Positions 1 through 9,940 of a stretch of DNA of 64,000 nucleotides are shown here, one piece after another. Every line of letters starts with the position of its first letter. Position 1 is the first letter of the stretch. Below the pieces are notes generated by a model. The model was not told the DNA's origin and searched no databases. It saw only the letters and a list, made by a program, of their open reading frames with translations. Source of the DNA: Congregibacter sp. (GTDB lineage Bacteria; Pseudomonadota; Gammaproteobacteria; Pseudomonadales; Halieaceae); assembly GCF_965660375.1 (NCBI RefSeq), contig NZ_CBFHZO010000121.1, positions 3,250 through 67,249 on the forward strand, in the 5' to 3' direction. The translations under genes and the position numbers were made by a program.

Positions 1-377
1 AATCCTATCGTCAGTCCTATTTTACGCTGATTGCCATGAATTTTGGCCCCATGGCGGCGATGGTTAAGGGCGATATGCCCTGGGATGACGACAAAATGCT
101 CGCCCTGGCCGAGGATTTTGCGGCGGTCGCCAGCGTTGATGTTGCACGGGCCTTTGGCCCCGGCTCCGATAAAGGCACAACGAGAGCCAAGCCGGAGATC
201 TGGGAGAACACCGACGATTTTCTCGAAAAGTATGCGGCGCTCCAGTCCGCATCTGAAGACCTCCTTGCCGCAGCCAAGACTGGGGACCGGGGAGCAATCG
301 GTGGCGCCATCAAGGACACCGGTGGAGCCTGTAAAGCCTGTCACGACGAATACAAGGCGAAGGACTACCTGTACTGA
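1..377 (+). CDS. cytochrome c' / class II c-type cytochrome, 5'-partial (gene begins upstream of window)
   Basis: Frame of ORF 36..377 stays open back to nt 3, so the true start is off-window. C-terminal CxxCH haem site (GGACKACHDEYKAKDYLY) about 12 aa from the end, plus an Ala/Leu-rich helical body, fit class II cytochrome c. Confidence 0.8.
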   Translation, partial: SYRQSYFTLIAMNFGPMAAMVKGDMPWDDDKMLALAEDFAAVASVDVARAFGPGSDKGTTRAKPEIWENTDDFLEKYAALQSASEDLLAAAKTGDRGAIGGAIKDTGGACKACHDEYKAKDYLY

Positions 378-391
378 GTCAGGCTGATCGC

Positions 392-413
392 GAGCGCCCG
401 ATCTTGGGCGCTC
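392..413. terminator. GC-rich hairpin between convergent cytochrome c' and cytochrome b561 genes
   Basis: GAGCGCCC-gatctt-GGGCGCTC is a perfect 8-bp stem 15 nt after the TGA at 375..377. Only a TT tract follows, so intrinsic-terminator function is tentative. Confidence 0.4.
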
Positions 414-481
414 TTCCCACAGCCTCTCCCTACCGCGGGGCATGTACTAAGAAATTGGTGCAAGGGCAATGAAAGCCTTCG

Positions 482-1183
482 CTACCAGTAGTATTCCGAG
501 GCGGGGGGCGCGGGAGCCAGCTCGAGAAGCGCGAAAAGCATTCCCCCAACCAGCACTGCGATAATCAGCGCTTTGTAGGCCGGCTGCGCCGGACCGGTAC
601 CCTTGCGACCTTCCGCCTTACCCACCACCATGGGCTTCAGAAGACGCTGTTTCCGTAAGCGCTCGTAGTAAATCACTGACAGCACGTGAAGTGCTATGAA
701 GCCCAGGAGCACATTAAAAATCGTCTCATGATAGGCAGCGAGGGAATCGCTCACACCGCTATCAAACACATAGTAGAAAGGGCCGGTATACAGCACATCA
801 TCAGAGTTAACCGTTCCCGTCAGCGCCTGCGCCAGGAGCAATACCCACAGGAGCATGGCAGACCATCCGCCCGCAGGATTGTGTCCCGGCGTTGCGCTGG
901 GAGCCCCGCGAAAGTACGCCACCACCGTTGAAGGACCCCGCAAAAAGTCACGGAACCGGGACTGGGGGGAGCCTACGAGCCCCCAGCATAAGCGAGTAAC
1001 GACCGCGACCAGGAGCGTAAGCCCCAGCCACTGATGCACTTCCTGATACCCCTCCTCTGCTGTCCACCAACTGGCAGGAAGGAGCAAAAATATGAGCCAG
1101 TGAATAAGGCGTACCGGCAGGTCCCAGAGCACATAGTCTGGCGATGGGGTATCTCTATGGTTCTGCGTTCGAACAGAGGGCAC
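482..1183 (-). CDS. cytochrome b561 family membrane protein (CybB-like)
   Basis: Hydrophobic segments carry conserved His (RLIHWLIFLL, VHQWLGLTLL, AAYHETIFNVLLGFIALHVLSVIYY). The 289-aa track ORF overlaps the upstream NUDIX gene, so I start at GTG 1183, 4 nt after the NUDIX stop. The start is uncertain. Confidence 0.7.
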   Translation of the reverse strand: MPSVRTQNHRDTPSPDYVLWDLPVRLIHWLIFLLLPASWWTAEEGYQEVHQWLGLTLLVAVVTRLCWGLVGSPQSRFRDFLRGPSTVVAYFRGAPSATPGHNPAGGWSAMLLWVLLLAQALTGTVNSDDVLYTGPFYYVFDSGVSDSLAAYHETIFNVLLGFIALHVLSVIYYERLRKQRLLKPMVVGKAEGRKGTGPAQPAYKALIIAVLVGGMLFALLELAPAPPASEYYW

Positions 1184-1187
1184 GGCG

Positions 1188-1907
1188 CTAATCCTGAGGG
1201 TACAAGGGGGGCTCGGTGACGTCGACGTACTGGTACTGCCAGCTGGCGTTGGACAAAAACGCACGGTGCCGCGGACCTTCGACTTCCAGGTCACCAGTTT
1301 CGTAGGCGGCATCACCCGGATAGAGGGTTGCAAAACCACCCTCACCTTCACCCTTATTTTTCAGAGGCACCAACAGCGGCAGCACCCGGGGACAGGGCGT
1401 TTCCCGCTCTCCCGCAAGAGCCTCCGATGCAGTGTTGTAGCGCGCCACGGCGCAGAGCGTAATGAAGGTTGGCGGCATCATGGGCAACTCCCCCGCTCTA
1501 TGTGTCTCCAGGGCCTGCTTCACGCCGATCCACTGGTAATCATGAATCTCACTACCATCGATGACTACCTCAGAATCCGGCGCCACCTCACCGGCAAAGA
1601 TCCAGGTAGAAAACCGTTTGCGCTCGCCCACGGGCGTCGTCCAATGACTGATCAAGACCATGGATTCGGGATCCGGCGACACCCCCGCCTCCTCCTCGGC
1701 TTCCCGAGCTGCAGCATAGCGCGCAGCCTCATCAGGGTCGTCACCGCCGCGGGTACGGTCTGCTTCATCTACCGCACCACCAGGAAACACCCAGAAACCG
1801 CCCGCAAAGGCCAGGGCACGATTCCTGCGAACCATCAACACTTCCAGTTCCTGCTCACCGTCGCGGAGCAGCACAACGGTGCTGGCCGGCCGAATGGGGA
1901 CACTCAT
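1188..1907 (-). CDS. NUDIX hydrolase
   Basis: Nudix box FPGGAVDE...AAREAEEEAGV (RE-U-x-EE-x-GU core). 4-nt overlap with the upstream M20 gene. Confidence 0.85.
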   Translation of the reverse strand: MSVPIRPASTVVLLRDGEQELEVLMVRRNRALAFAGGFWVFPGGAVDEADRTRGGDDPDEAARYAAAREAEEEAGVSPDPESMVLISHWTTPVGERKRFSTWIFAGEVAPDSEVVIDGSEIHDYQWIGVKQALETHRAGELPMMPPTFITLCAVARYNTASEALAGERETPCPRVLPLLVPLKNKGEGEGGFATLYPGDAAYETGDLEVEGPRHRAFLSNASWQYQYVDVTEPPLYPQD

Positions 1908-3235
1908 TTGCCCATGAGTTCCATGAGACCCACAACGGTGGCCTCCACACCGAGAGTCACCGCGGGTTTCGGTGCAATTTTAAACAGTGGTGAGTGATGC
2001 GATGGCACGGGTTCGCCACCGGCTGCCGCCGCACTGAAGGCCTCCGGCGGCGTGCCACCCACAGCAAAGTAGGTGCTGGGAATGTAGGGGTCCGTCGTGA
2101 AAAAGGGAAAATCTTCAGAACCCATACCTTTACGTTTTTTATCCCAAAGCACATCGCTGCCAAAACGCGATTGCCATACATCACGAAGACGCCCGGTCAT
2201 AGCGAGGTCATTCGCGGTCACCGGAACCGATTCATCGGAGACCATGACCTCGGGGAGCTTGTCATCGGGCAGCCCGGCAACACGCCCCATATTGACCGCC
2301 ACACGACGAATACCATCCAGCAATAACTCGCGGGTTTCAGGATCGTCGTTGCGTACTGTCAATTTGAGGACAGCGCGGTCTGAAATAATGTTGTTCTTGG
2401 TGCCTGCATGAAAGGCGCCTACGGTGATCACGCCCGCATCCCGCGGTGGCAATGTCCGGCTTACTACTGTCTGCAAAGCCAGCACGATCTGCGAACCCAG
2501 GACCACCGGATCGACCCCCGTATGGGGTGAGGCCCCGTGAGCACCCACGCCGTGAACAATGATTTCAACGGTGTCGCCTCCCGAGTACGCCGCGCCCATG
2601 GCCGCGGACAGCTTGCCGGTGGGAATAGAGGACGTCACATGAAAAGCCATCGCCATATCCGGCTGTCCAAAGCGCTCCCAAAGCTTGTCGTCCATCATGG
2701 CTTCGGCGCCGGAGATTCGCTCCTCTGCGGGCTGTCCTATGAGCATCAGAGTACCCGACCACTCATCGCGACGCGCCATCATCTGCCGCGCCGTTCCCAC
2801 AAGACTCGTGATATGGACATCGTGACCACAGGCATGCATCACAAAAACTTCGTTGCCATCGGGATCGGTCTGCTTGGCCGTGGACGCATAATCCAGGCCG
2901 CTCTTCTCCTCCACCGGGAGTCCATCCATATCCGCCCGCATCATTACCAGGGGACCCGGACCGTTCTCTAAAATCGCGACCAGCCCGGTTCCGCCCACAC
3001 TTTCAGTCACCTCAAAACCCGTGTCCCGAAGCTCTGCGGCGAGACGTGCGGCAGTTTTAGTTTCCTGAAAGGACAACTCGGGATTCTGATGAAAATAGAC
3101 AAACAGCTCCCCCAGGTGGCTATCGTAGTCTTCAGCAATTGCATCACTTAAGGCATCTGCATGGGAAAGCTGCGAATACCCCAGGCCCACTGCCAGACTC
3201 AGGGACAGTAGCTGTCGTTTTAGGGGCTGCTTCAT
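1904..3235 (-). CDS. M20-family amidohydrolase (hippurate hydrolase / aminoacylase-like), probably exported
   Basis: Signal-peptide-like N-terminus (LSLSLAVGLGYSQLSHA). M20D motifs: MRADMDGLP, HACGHDVH, GQPAEE. Confidence 0.85.
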   Translation of the reverse strand: MKQPLKRQLLSLSLAVGLGYSQLSHADALSDAIAEDYDSHLGELFVYFHQNPELSFQETKTAARLAAELRDTGFEVTESVGGTGLVAILENGPGPLVMMRADMDGLPVEEKSGLDYASTAKQTDPDGNEVFVMHACGHDVHITSLVGTARQMMARRDEWSGTLMLIGQPAEERISGAEAMMDDKLWERFGQPDMAMAFHVTSSIPTGKLSAAMGAAYSGGDTVEIIVHGVGAHGASPHTGVDPVVLGSQIVLALQTVVSRTLPPRDAGVITVGAFHAGTKNNIISDRAVLKLTVRNDDPETRELLLDGIRRVAVNMGRVAGLPDDKLPEVMVSDESVPVTANDLAMTGRLRDVWQSRFGSDVLWDKKRKGMGSEDFPFFTTDPYIPSTYFAVGGTPPEAFSAAAAGGEPVPSHHSPLFKIAPKPAVTLGVEATVVGLMELMGK

Positions 3236-3296
3236 AAAAAATTCTCCGTTACCGTGAAGTTGTCAGTGCGACGACGGGAAAGCACCGGAACAGGCG

Positions 3297-3716
3297 CTAG
3301 CCCATGGACGCAGACATGGACATAGACACATCGAAACCCAGCTGCTGGGCGTGCTGACGTGCCTTCTCCTGTGCTTCCCCGCTCCGACTGCTTATCCAGA
3401 GATTACTCGAGCGGGTGCCGCTGCGGCAAAAAGCAAAAACACCACGGGGATCATCGAACAGCTCTGCCATCGCGGCAAGGTCGTCACCGGGATAGTTAAA
3501 AGCGTTTAGAGGGTAATAGTAGTACTCAAGGCCGGCGGCCTCCGCGGCCTGGCGCAATTCCTCAGAAGTGGGCTGACCCATAGCTTCTCCATCAGGACGA
3601 TTGTTAATGACGACCTTGAAGCCGGCGGCGGAAACCGCTGGCATATCTTCAGCGAGGATCTGCGGCGACGCCGCCAGGGTATCTGTGAGTTTTATGTAAC
3701 GAAGATTGTCCTGCAT
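3297..3716 (-). CDS. DUF442 / TIGR01244-type sulfurtransferase (phosphatase-like fold)
   Basis: GFKVVINNRPDGE...GQP block and CRSGTRS (CX5R-like loop), typical of the beta-lactamase-hydrolase-like N-terminal domain family. Confidence 0.7.
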   Translation of the reverse strand: MQDNLRYIKLTDTLAASPQILAEDMPAVSAAGFKVVINNRPDGEAMGQPTSEELRQAAEAAGLEYYYYPLNAFNYPGDDLAAMAELFDDPRGVFAFCRSGTRSSNLWISSRSGEAQEKARQHAQQLGFDVSMSMSASMG

Positions 3717-3818
3717 GGGATAGGTCTACTCTTTTTGTTTGCCGACGTGTGGTGAAAGTATATATCGCCCGTTACGGCCACAACAGTCGAAGCGTCACCG
3801 AGAGGGGTTGCCTCTGCG

Positions 3819-4571
3819 CTAAAAGCCCTGATAGCCATCAAAAATCAGCTTGATGCCCACGACCACGAGAAACGCCGAGATAATCCGGTAATACACCTCG
3901 GGATTCGACATTTGCACAAGCTTACGGCCAAGCAAGACACCTACAGGGGCGACGGGCACCAGTGCCAGCGAGTACCAGAGATTGTCGGTCCCGAATTGTC
4001 CCAGAGCGTAATAGGCAGGAAGTTTGATCAGGTTCACAAGGGCGAAAAAAAGCCCCCCGGTTCCTGCATAGATCAGCGGCGGCAGGCGCTTGGGAAGGAG
4101 ATACATGGCGAAGGGCGGACCGCCCGCATGAATGCTGAAACTGGTAAATCCTGACAGGGCACCAATCAGCGTGGCCGCTGTACGGTTGTGCTCTTTACCC
4201 AGAGACGACAGCCAACCCAGCAGACTCTGCAGGCCAAAAGCCAGGGCCACCACACCCACAAGCAAGCGCATCATGGCATCGTTAACCGCATCTGCCAGCA
4301 GGTAACCTGCAAGCAGACCCAGCAAGGCTCCGGGAATCAACAAGCGCAGGGCCAGCCTATCAAACTGGCCCCGGTAGCTGTACACAACGACCATATCCAT
4401 AACCACCAGCACCGGCAGCAAAATAGCGGCGGCCTGGGAAGGCGGCATTACCAGTGCCATGAGGGGTACGGCAAGAATAGCCACGGCGCCGCCAAAGCCT
4501 CCCTTGGCCACGCCGTAAAGCATTGCGGCGGGCACACCCACCAGCACGAAAAGCGGATCCAGCGGCACCAC
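3819..4571 (-). CDS. sulfite exporter TauE/SafE family permease
   Basis: 250-aa polytopic membrane protein with Gly-rich TM helices (GVAKGGFGGAVAILAVP, GGPPFAMYLL). Start is 3 nt after the purC stop. Confidence 0.8.
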   Translation of the reverse strand: MVPLDPLFVLVGVPAAMLYGVAKGGFGGAVAILAVPLMALVMPPSQAAAILLPVLVVMDMVVVYSYRGQFDRLALRLLIPGALLGLLAGYLLADAVNDAMMRLLVGVVALAFGLQSLLGWLSSLGKEHNRTAATLIGALSGFTSFSIHAGGPPFAMYLLPKRLPPLIYAGTGGLFFALVNLIKLPAYYALGQFGTDNLWYSLALVPVAPVGVLLGRKLVQMSNPEVYYRIISAFLVVVGIKLIFDGYQGF

Positions 4572-4574
4572 GAC

Positions 4575-5672
4575 TTAAGGTACCAGGCCGAACTGCTCGT
4601 TCATCAGATCCAGCATGGCCTCGCGGGGCCGATCCATCCTTGGCAAGGGCGCACCCAAAATACCTTCCGCCTGCGCGGTATAGGTTTCCGACAGGTCCAG
4701 GAAAAATTCGTCGGGGACCGCGTGGCTTTGAGCGTAGCTGCTGCGCTCCTCCATACGCCGCGCATCCAGAAGCATGTCCCGGTCATCCACCCAGGACAAT
4801 AGCGCTTCACGGAACTGCTCCTTACTGTGTTCCCTGGGCTCGCCGCGCTCCCAGTCCTCTCGTCGCCAGATGCGCGACGAGTCCGGGGTGCCGACCTCGT
4901 CCATGTAGATGAGCTCCTCGCCGCCCGACAGTGATGGCGCGATACCAAACTCAAACTTTGTGTCGACCAACAAGTCCCCGCTTGCGGACAGCTTATCCTC
5001 AATAATCTCGAATCCGGATCGTAACGCACTTACGCAGGCATCCAGCTGCGCTTCACTTTGTAAAGAAAAGGCGCGGTAATATTCTCGCAGGGCCGCGGGG
5101 GCAAGAGGCGCATCGTCAGTCTCTGCGACTCCGGGCACATCGCGGACAACACCCTTGGTCGACGGCGTGAAGAGCAGCTCGCTTAAGCGCTGAAACTGTT
5201 TGAGTCCATCGGGGAGCGTGACCCCGCCGATCACACGCTCACCCCGCGCGTAGGCCCGCCAGAGGGATCCGGTAATGTAGCGCCGCGCAATCGCCTCCAT
5301 CATGACGGGTCTGGCCTGCCGGACGATCCAGACCATGGGATGGGGCATCTCCAGCAAGTGATGGGGCATCAAAGCGTTTGCATCAAAGGTCGAGAACCAG
5401 TGCGCTGCGATAGCATTCAATGCCGCGCCCTTACCGGGCACGCCCTCAAAGCTGTCACTGCGCCAAAGGCAGTCGAAGGCGGAAAGCCGGTCAGAAATCA
5501 CCATGATCGCTAGATCGCTCTGGGGCGCGATCGCATAGCCCCGCTCACGAATCAGACGCTGGGAATCGTCCGGACGTAAAAAGTAGACCGAGCGTACTTT
5601 ACCGCTGTGCACGGGTCGCGCAACCGCCAGAGGCAGGTCATCGCTGACGGTTAAAACCGAAGAAGCGCTCAT
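4575..5672 (-). CDS. purC: phosphoribosylaminoimidazole-succinocarboxamide (SAICAR) synthase, long form
   Basis: GKVRSVYF, ISDRLSAFD, LVDTKFEFG and DEVGTPDSSRIW motifs. The track ORF begins at a TTG (5702); I prefer ATG at 5672 (MSASSVL...). Confidence 0.85.
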   Translation of the reverse strand: MSASSVLTVSDDLPLAVARPVHSGKVRSVYFLRPDDSQRLIRERGYAIAPQSDLAIMVISDRLSAFDCLWRSDSFEGVPGKGAALNAIAAHWFSTFDANALMPHHLLEMPHPMVWIVRQARPVMMEAIARRYITGSLWRAYARGERVIGGVTLPDGLKQFQRLSELLFTPSTKGVVRDVPGVAETDDAPLAPAALREYYRAFSLQSEAQLDACVSALRSGFEIIEDKLSASGDLLVDTKFEFGIAPSLSGGEELIYMDEVGTPDSSRIWRREDWERGEPREHSKEQFREALLSWVDDRDMLLDARRMEERSSYAQSHAVPDEFFLDLSETYTAQAEGILGAPLPRMDRPREAMLDLMNEQFGLVP

Positions 5673-5751
5673 AGGGGGTCCCGGTGGTGCATCGCAAAAC
5701 AATCACAGAAGCTGATGGGGAAAAAAAACAGACGCATGACTGAACGACGCC

Positions 5752-6984
5752 TCAGGCTAAAGCCAGAAAAAAGCTGGCAATGGCCGCGCTGAGAAGATTC
5801 GCCAAAAACCCGCCCAGCACAGCGCGTAAGCCCAGCTGGGCAATGAGCGGCCGCCGCTCCGGTGCAAGCGTTCCAAGACCCCCTATAAGAATCGCAATGG
5901 ACGAGAGATTCGCAAAACCACAGAGCGCAAAGGACACCACGGCCTGAGAATGATCACTGAGCATGGCCTTGTCTTCGTAATAGGAACCGAAGGCCACGAA
6001 CTCATTAAGCACCAGCTTCTGGCCGATAAGATTGCCCGCCACCGCGGCCTCATCCCAGGGCACGCCAAGAAGAAATGCGATGGGCCGAAACAGATTCCCC
6101 AGCAGCAACTCCAGTGACAGCGCCTCCCATCCCAACAGCCCACCGAGCCCTGCGAGAAGGCCGTTTACCAGGGCGATAAGTCCCACAAAGGCCAGCAGCA
6201 TGGCACCGATATTCACGGCCAGGGAGAGGCCGCTGCCGGCCCCCGTGGCCGCAGCGTCAAACACGTTGACACTGCGCTCGATACTTAAATCCAGGGCGTC
6301 TTCAGCGCGGGACACGGACTGCTGCTCGGGCACCAGAAGCTTGGCCATGAGCAGGCCTCCCGGCGCCGCCATAAAGCTGGCCGCGAGGAGATAACGCATC
6401 TCCACACCAAGGGCGACATACCCCGCGAGCACGGAGCCGGCAACGGTCGCCATACCCCCAACCATCACCGCAAAGAGCTCGGAACGGGTCATGGACGCAA
6501 TATAGGGTTTGATCACCAACGGGGCCTCGGTCTGACTCACGAACACATTGGCTGTGGCTGACATGGACTCGGCGGGACTGGTGCCCAGTAGTCGCTGCAA
6601 GGCACCACCGAGAATACGGATAATCCACCCCATGAGCCCAATGTGATAGAGCACCGCCACCAGGGAAGAAAAGAAAATAATGATCGGCAGGACATGAAAC
6701 GCGAATACGAAACCCACCTCGTAGCGACCAATATCGCCAAATACGAAATCGATACCCGCCTGGCCGTAGCTGATAATGCGAGCCACCCCGGTGGAGAGTG
6801 ACTCCAGCACCGCCCGCCCCGCCGGCACGTAAAGCGCCAGACCGCCAATGGCCACCTGCAATAGAAACGCCCCGCCCACGGTTCTCAAGGACACACCACG
6901 GCGATCCAGGGATAGCGCCCAGGCGATGGACAGGAAAACGATGATCGCCATCACCGCGAGCAACGCAGTCAGGGCGCCGCTCAC
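5752..6984 (-). CDS. nupC: NupC/NupG-family concentrative nucleoside transporter
   Basis: 410-aa polytopic protein with CNT-family blocks ([44 protein letters not shown]). GTG start overlaps the udk stop (GTGA). Confidence 0.85.
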   Translation of the reverse strand: MSGALTALLAVMAIIVFLSIAWALSLDRRGVSLRTVGGAFLLQVAIGGLALYVPAGRAVLESLSTGVARIISYGQAGIDFVFGDIGRYEVGFVFAFHVLPIIIFFSSLVAVLYHIGLMGWIIRILGGALQRLLGTSPAESMSATANVFVSQTEAPLVIKPYIASMTRSELFAVMVGGMATVAGSVLAGYVALGVEMRYLLAASFMAAPGGLLMAKLLVPEQQSVSRAEDALDLSIERSVNVFDAAATGAGSGLSLAVNIGAMLLAFVGLIALVNGLLAGLGGLLGWEALSLELLLGNLFRPIAFLLGVPWDEAAVAGNLIGQKLVLNEFVAFGSYYEDKAMLSDHSQAVVSFALCGFANLSSIAILIGGLGTLAPERRPLIAQLGLRAVLGGFLANLLSAAIASFFLALA

Positions 6985-7670
6985 GAGCTACTGTCCTCCT
7001 GCGACTCTGCCCCCTCTGACCGCGACTGCTGCGACACCGAGAGGAGCATGTTGCGCACGATATCCAGTGCAACGCGGTTACGCCCTCCCCGGGTAATCAC
7101 CATGTCGGCATGGCGTACGCTGGGGCGGATGAACTCGTGATACATGGGTCGCACGGATTCGCGGTACTGCGCAGTCACGGAATCCAGACTCCGTCCCCGC
7201 TCCTTGATATCCCGGGCCATGCGCCGAAGCAGGCAGATATCCAGGGGCGTATCCATGTAAAACTTGATATGGCAGGCGTCGCGAAGCGCGGCGTGGGTCA
7301 GCAGCAGAATACCTTCTACGATGATCACCGACGCGGGGGTCACTCTTGTCGTCTCGGCGGTGCGACTGTGAACCGTGTAATCGTAGATAGGAACATCCAC
7401 CGCCTGACCTGCGCTGAGGGTTTTTAGATGGCTGGCGAGCAAATCCTGCTCGAGGGCATCCGGATGATCGTAGTTAACGCTCTCCCGTTCCTGAAGAGAC
7501 ATATGGGACTGATCACGGTAGTAGGCATCCTCCTTGATGAGAACCACGTCCAGCAGGGGTGCGTCTCGCCGCAGCTCCTCGCATAGCGTCTCGGCGAATA
7601 GGCTTTTACCCGAACCCGAAGGACCGGCGATGGCAATAACAAAGGGCTGCACTGGACGCGGGCCTTTCAC
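6981..7670 (-). CDS. udk: uridine kinase
   Basis: P-loop [12 protein letters not shown], then [35 protein letters not shown], collinear with Udk as I recall the E. coli sequence. Confidence 0.9.
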   Translation of the reverse strand: MKGPRPVQPFVIAIAGPSGSGKSLFAETLCEELRRDAPLLDVVLIKEDAYYRDQSHMSLQERESVNYDHPDALEQDLLASHLKTLSAGQAVDVPIYDYTVHSRTAETTRVTPASVIIVEGILLLTHAALRDACHIKFYMDTPLDICLLRRMARDIKERGRSLDSVTAQYRESVRPMYHEFIRPSVRHADMVITRGGRNRVALDIVRNMLLSVSQQSRSEGAESQEDSSS

Positions 7671-7841
7671 TGGGATGGTGGAGACGCAGTTTATCCCCTG
7701 GGAAGGATCACCCCAAGTCTCCGCAGCCCCTTTGCCGGACTATTTCCACCATGGGCAACGACCCCCTCCAGCCCAGGTAAGGCGACTTGGGGCCACAGCC
7801 GGCCTCCGTTACACTGCGGCGCGAAGCTCAAGGACACATCC

Positions 7842-9932
7842 ATGACCCGCACTCCCTTTGTTACCACTCGAACATTTTTCTCACTCTCCGGTCTTCTGGC
7901 TGGGATTCTGGCAGCGACCGCGCAAACCGCCGCTCAGAGTAGCGAGCAGGCAGCCTCACGTATCGAACAGGTCATCGTCAGTGCCAGCAGGGAACCGGAG
8001 GTCGGCTTAAATCTCGCTTTGCCCTGGGCGCGTATCGACGATGAAGCCTTAAAGCTCACCGGTGCCGTGCATATCAACCAGATCATGCAACGAGCACCCG
8101 GCACCTGGATATCCCGCGGAAACGGCCAGGAGAGCCTGGTGGCGCTTCGCTCCCCGGTACTCACCGGCAGCGGGGGCTGCGGCGCCTTTTATACCGCCTG
8201 GGATGGCATCAGCCTCCGCGCCCCGGGCTTCTGTAACGTCAACCAGCTGTTTGATGTCAACAGCGAACAAGCGGGCGCCATCGAGGTCATCCGGGGGCCT
8301 GGTACCGCGGTGTACGGAGCAAACGCGGTGCACGGCGTCATCAATACGCTCACCGCAGACCCACGCCAGGGCCCGGAAAACGCCTATGCCGTTGAGGCGG
8401 GCCCCGACGATTACTACCGGGTACGGGGAGAGTTTCGGGCACGACACGGTGACCATGCCTTAGGCGCGTACTTTAATGGGGTCGCCGACGGCGGCTACAA
8501 AGACAATGCCGGCTTCGATCAACAGAAGTTGACCTTACGCCACGATTTCATCGGTGAGCAATGGGAAGTCACCAACGCACTGGAGGCGACGAATCTGAAC
8601 CAGGAAACTTCCGGGTTTGTCGCCGGCTTTGAGGCCTACAAAGATCCCGATTTGAAGACAGTGAATCCGAACCCCGAAGCCTATCGCGATAGTTTTGCAT
8701 TGCGGGCCTACAGCCGCTGGCAGCGAGACACCAACCTGGGGCACCTGAGTATCACGCCCTACGTCCGACGGACCACCATGGAGTTCCTCCAGCACTTCCT
8801 GCCGTGGCAGGCAACGGAGAAGAATGGCCAGGAAAGCCTGGGGCTGCGGGTAGCACTCAGCGACAGCAATGAAGGCTTCAGTTGGCGCACCGGTGTGGAT
8901 ATCGATGCCACCCGCGGCTGGCTGCGCGAAGTGCAGGATGATGACTTCAGTCCCAACCAGCCAATCGGCGTTCACTATGATTACGAGGTCGATGCGCTTT
9001 CGGCAGCACTCTACGCTCAGGGAAACTGGCAGCTGACATCTCGCTGGGGACTCGCTGCAGGGCTGCGCCTCGAAGAAAACAGCTACGATTACAACAACCA
9101 GACGGCCGACGGGTCTGCCTGCGCACCGGAGGCCAGTAACTGTCGTTTCTTCCGTCCTGCGGATCGTGAGGACGATTTCAGCAACGGCAGCGTCAACCTG
9201 GGACTTACCTATGCCCTGAGCGATTCCCATCGCGTTTACCTTCGAGGCGCCCAGGGCTTTCGTCCGCCTCAGGCAGCCGAGCTCTATCGCCTCCAATCCG
9301 GACAGGAAGTCGCGGAGCTGGACAGTGAAACCATCACAAGTGTTGACCTGGGGATGCGCGGCAATCTCGGCGCCCTCAGCTATGACGCATCGATTTACAG
9401 CATGCGCAAAGAGGACGTGATCTTTCAGGACGCTGACCGGCAAAATGTGAGCGGCGCCAAGACCCGCCACGAGGGCGTTGAATTTAGCGTGTACTGGACC
9501 GGTCAGTCAGGCTGGTACGCCGGCATCGATGGTAATGTGGCGCGGCACCGCTATGACAGCGCCGCTAATCTTCTGGGCTCCCGGCTGGATATTGAGGGCA
9601 ACGATATTGATACCGCCCCCCGGCATTTTGGCAGCGCCCGTTTTGGTCGCGACCTGACGGTGAACAACCGTGACCTGCGCGCAGAGTTGGAGTGGGTACA
9701 TATGGGCAGCTATTACCTGGAGCCCGATAACCAGCACGAATATGAAGGTCACGAGCTCCTTAACCTGCGTGTGGCGATGGATCTGAACAGGGACTTCAGC
9801 ACCACCCTGCGAGTTACCAATGTGCTCGACGAAGACTACGCCGAGCGCGCTGACTTCGGCTTTGGTTCCTATCGATACTTTGTGGGCCAGCCCCGCGGCG
9901 TCTTCCTGGAGTTTGCTTACCGGCCGGAGTAA
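7842..9932 (+). CDS. TonB-dependent outer-membrane receptor
   Basis: Signal peptide, plug-domain motifs (IEVIRGPGTAVYGANAVHGVIN), long beta-barrel, C-terminal aromatic end (FLEFAYRPE). Substrate unknown. Confidence 0.85.
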   Translation: MTRTPFVTTRTFFSLSGLLAGILAATAQTAAQSSEQAASRIEQVIVSASREPEVGLNLALPWARIDDEALKLTGAVHINQIMQRAPGTWISRGNGQESLVALRSPVLTGSGGCGAFYTAWDGISLRAPGFCNVNQLFDVNSEQAGAIEVIRGPGTAVYGANAVHGVINTLTADPRQGPENAYAVEAGPDDYYRVRGEFRARHGDHALGAYFNGVADGGYKDNAGFDQQKLTLRHDFIGEQWEVTNALEATNLNQETSGFVAGFEAYKDPDLKTVNPNPEAYRDSFALRAYSRWQRDTNLGHLSITPYVRRTTMEFLQHFLPWQATEKNGQESLGLRVALSDSNEGFSWRTGVDIDATRGWLREVQDDDFSPNQPIGVHYDYEVDALSAALYAQGNWQLTSRWGLAAGLRLEENSYDYNNQTADGSACAPEASNCRFFRPADREDDFSNGSVNLGLTYALSDSHRVYLRGAQGFRPPQAAELYRLQSGQEVAELDSETITSVDLGMRGNLGALSYDASIYSMRKEDVIFQDADRQNVSGAKTRHEGVEFSVYWTGQSGWYAGIDGNVARHRYDSAANLLGSRLDIEGNDIDTAPRHFGSARFGRDLTVNNRDLRAELEWVHMGSYYLEPDNQHEYEGHELLNLRVAMDLNRDFSTTLRVTNVLDEDYAERADFGFGSYRYFVGQPRGVFLEFAYRPE

Positions 9933-9940
9933 AACAGCTC

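Noticed and set aside
4188-4802. 204-aa His/Gln-rich plus-strand ORF
   Set aside because: It bridges the TauE/purC junction on the opposite strand. Its repetitive Q/H composition reflects the complement of Leu/Val/Ala-rich membrane codons. It has no start context.
6302-7072. 256-aa minus-strand ORF overlapping nupC and udk in another frame
   Set aside because: It is an alternative frame of two well-supported genes. It is Arg/Gly/Trp-rich and not credible as coding.
7671-7841. Cobalamin or TPP riboswitch upstream of the TonB-dependent receptor
   Set aside because: I could not find the B12-box or the TPP CUGAGA/ACCUGAUCUGGAUAAUGCCAGCG-type cores in the correct order. The region is kept only as a low-interest structural observation.
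8535-9470. 311-aa minus-strand ORF
   Set aside because: It lies antisense inside the TonB-dependent receptor barrel region. It has no motif or RBS support.
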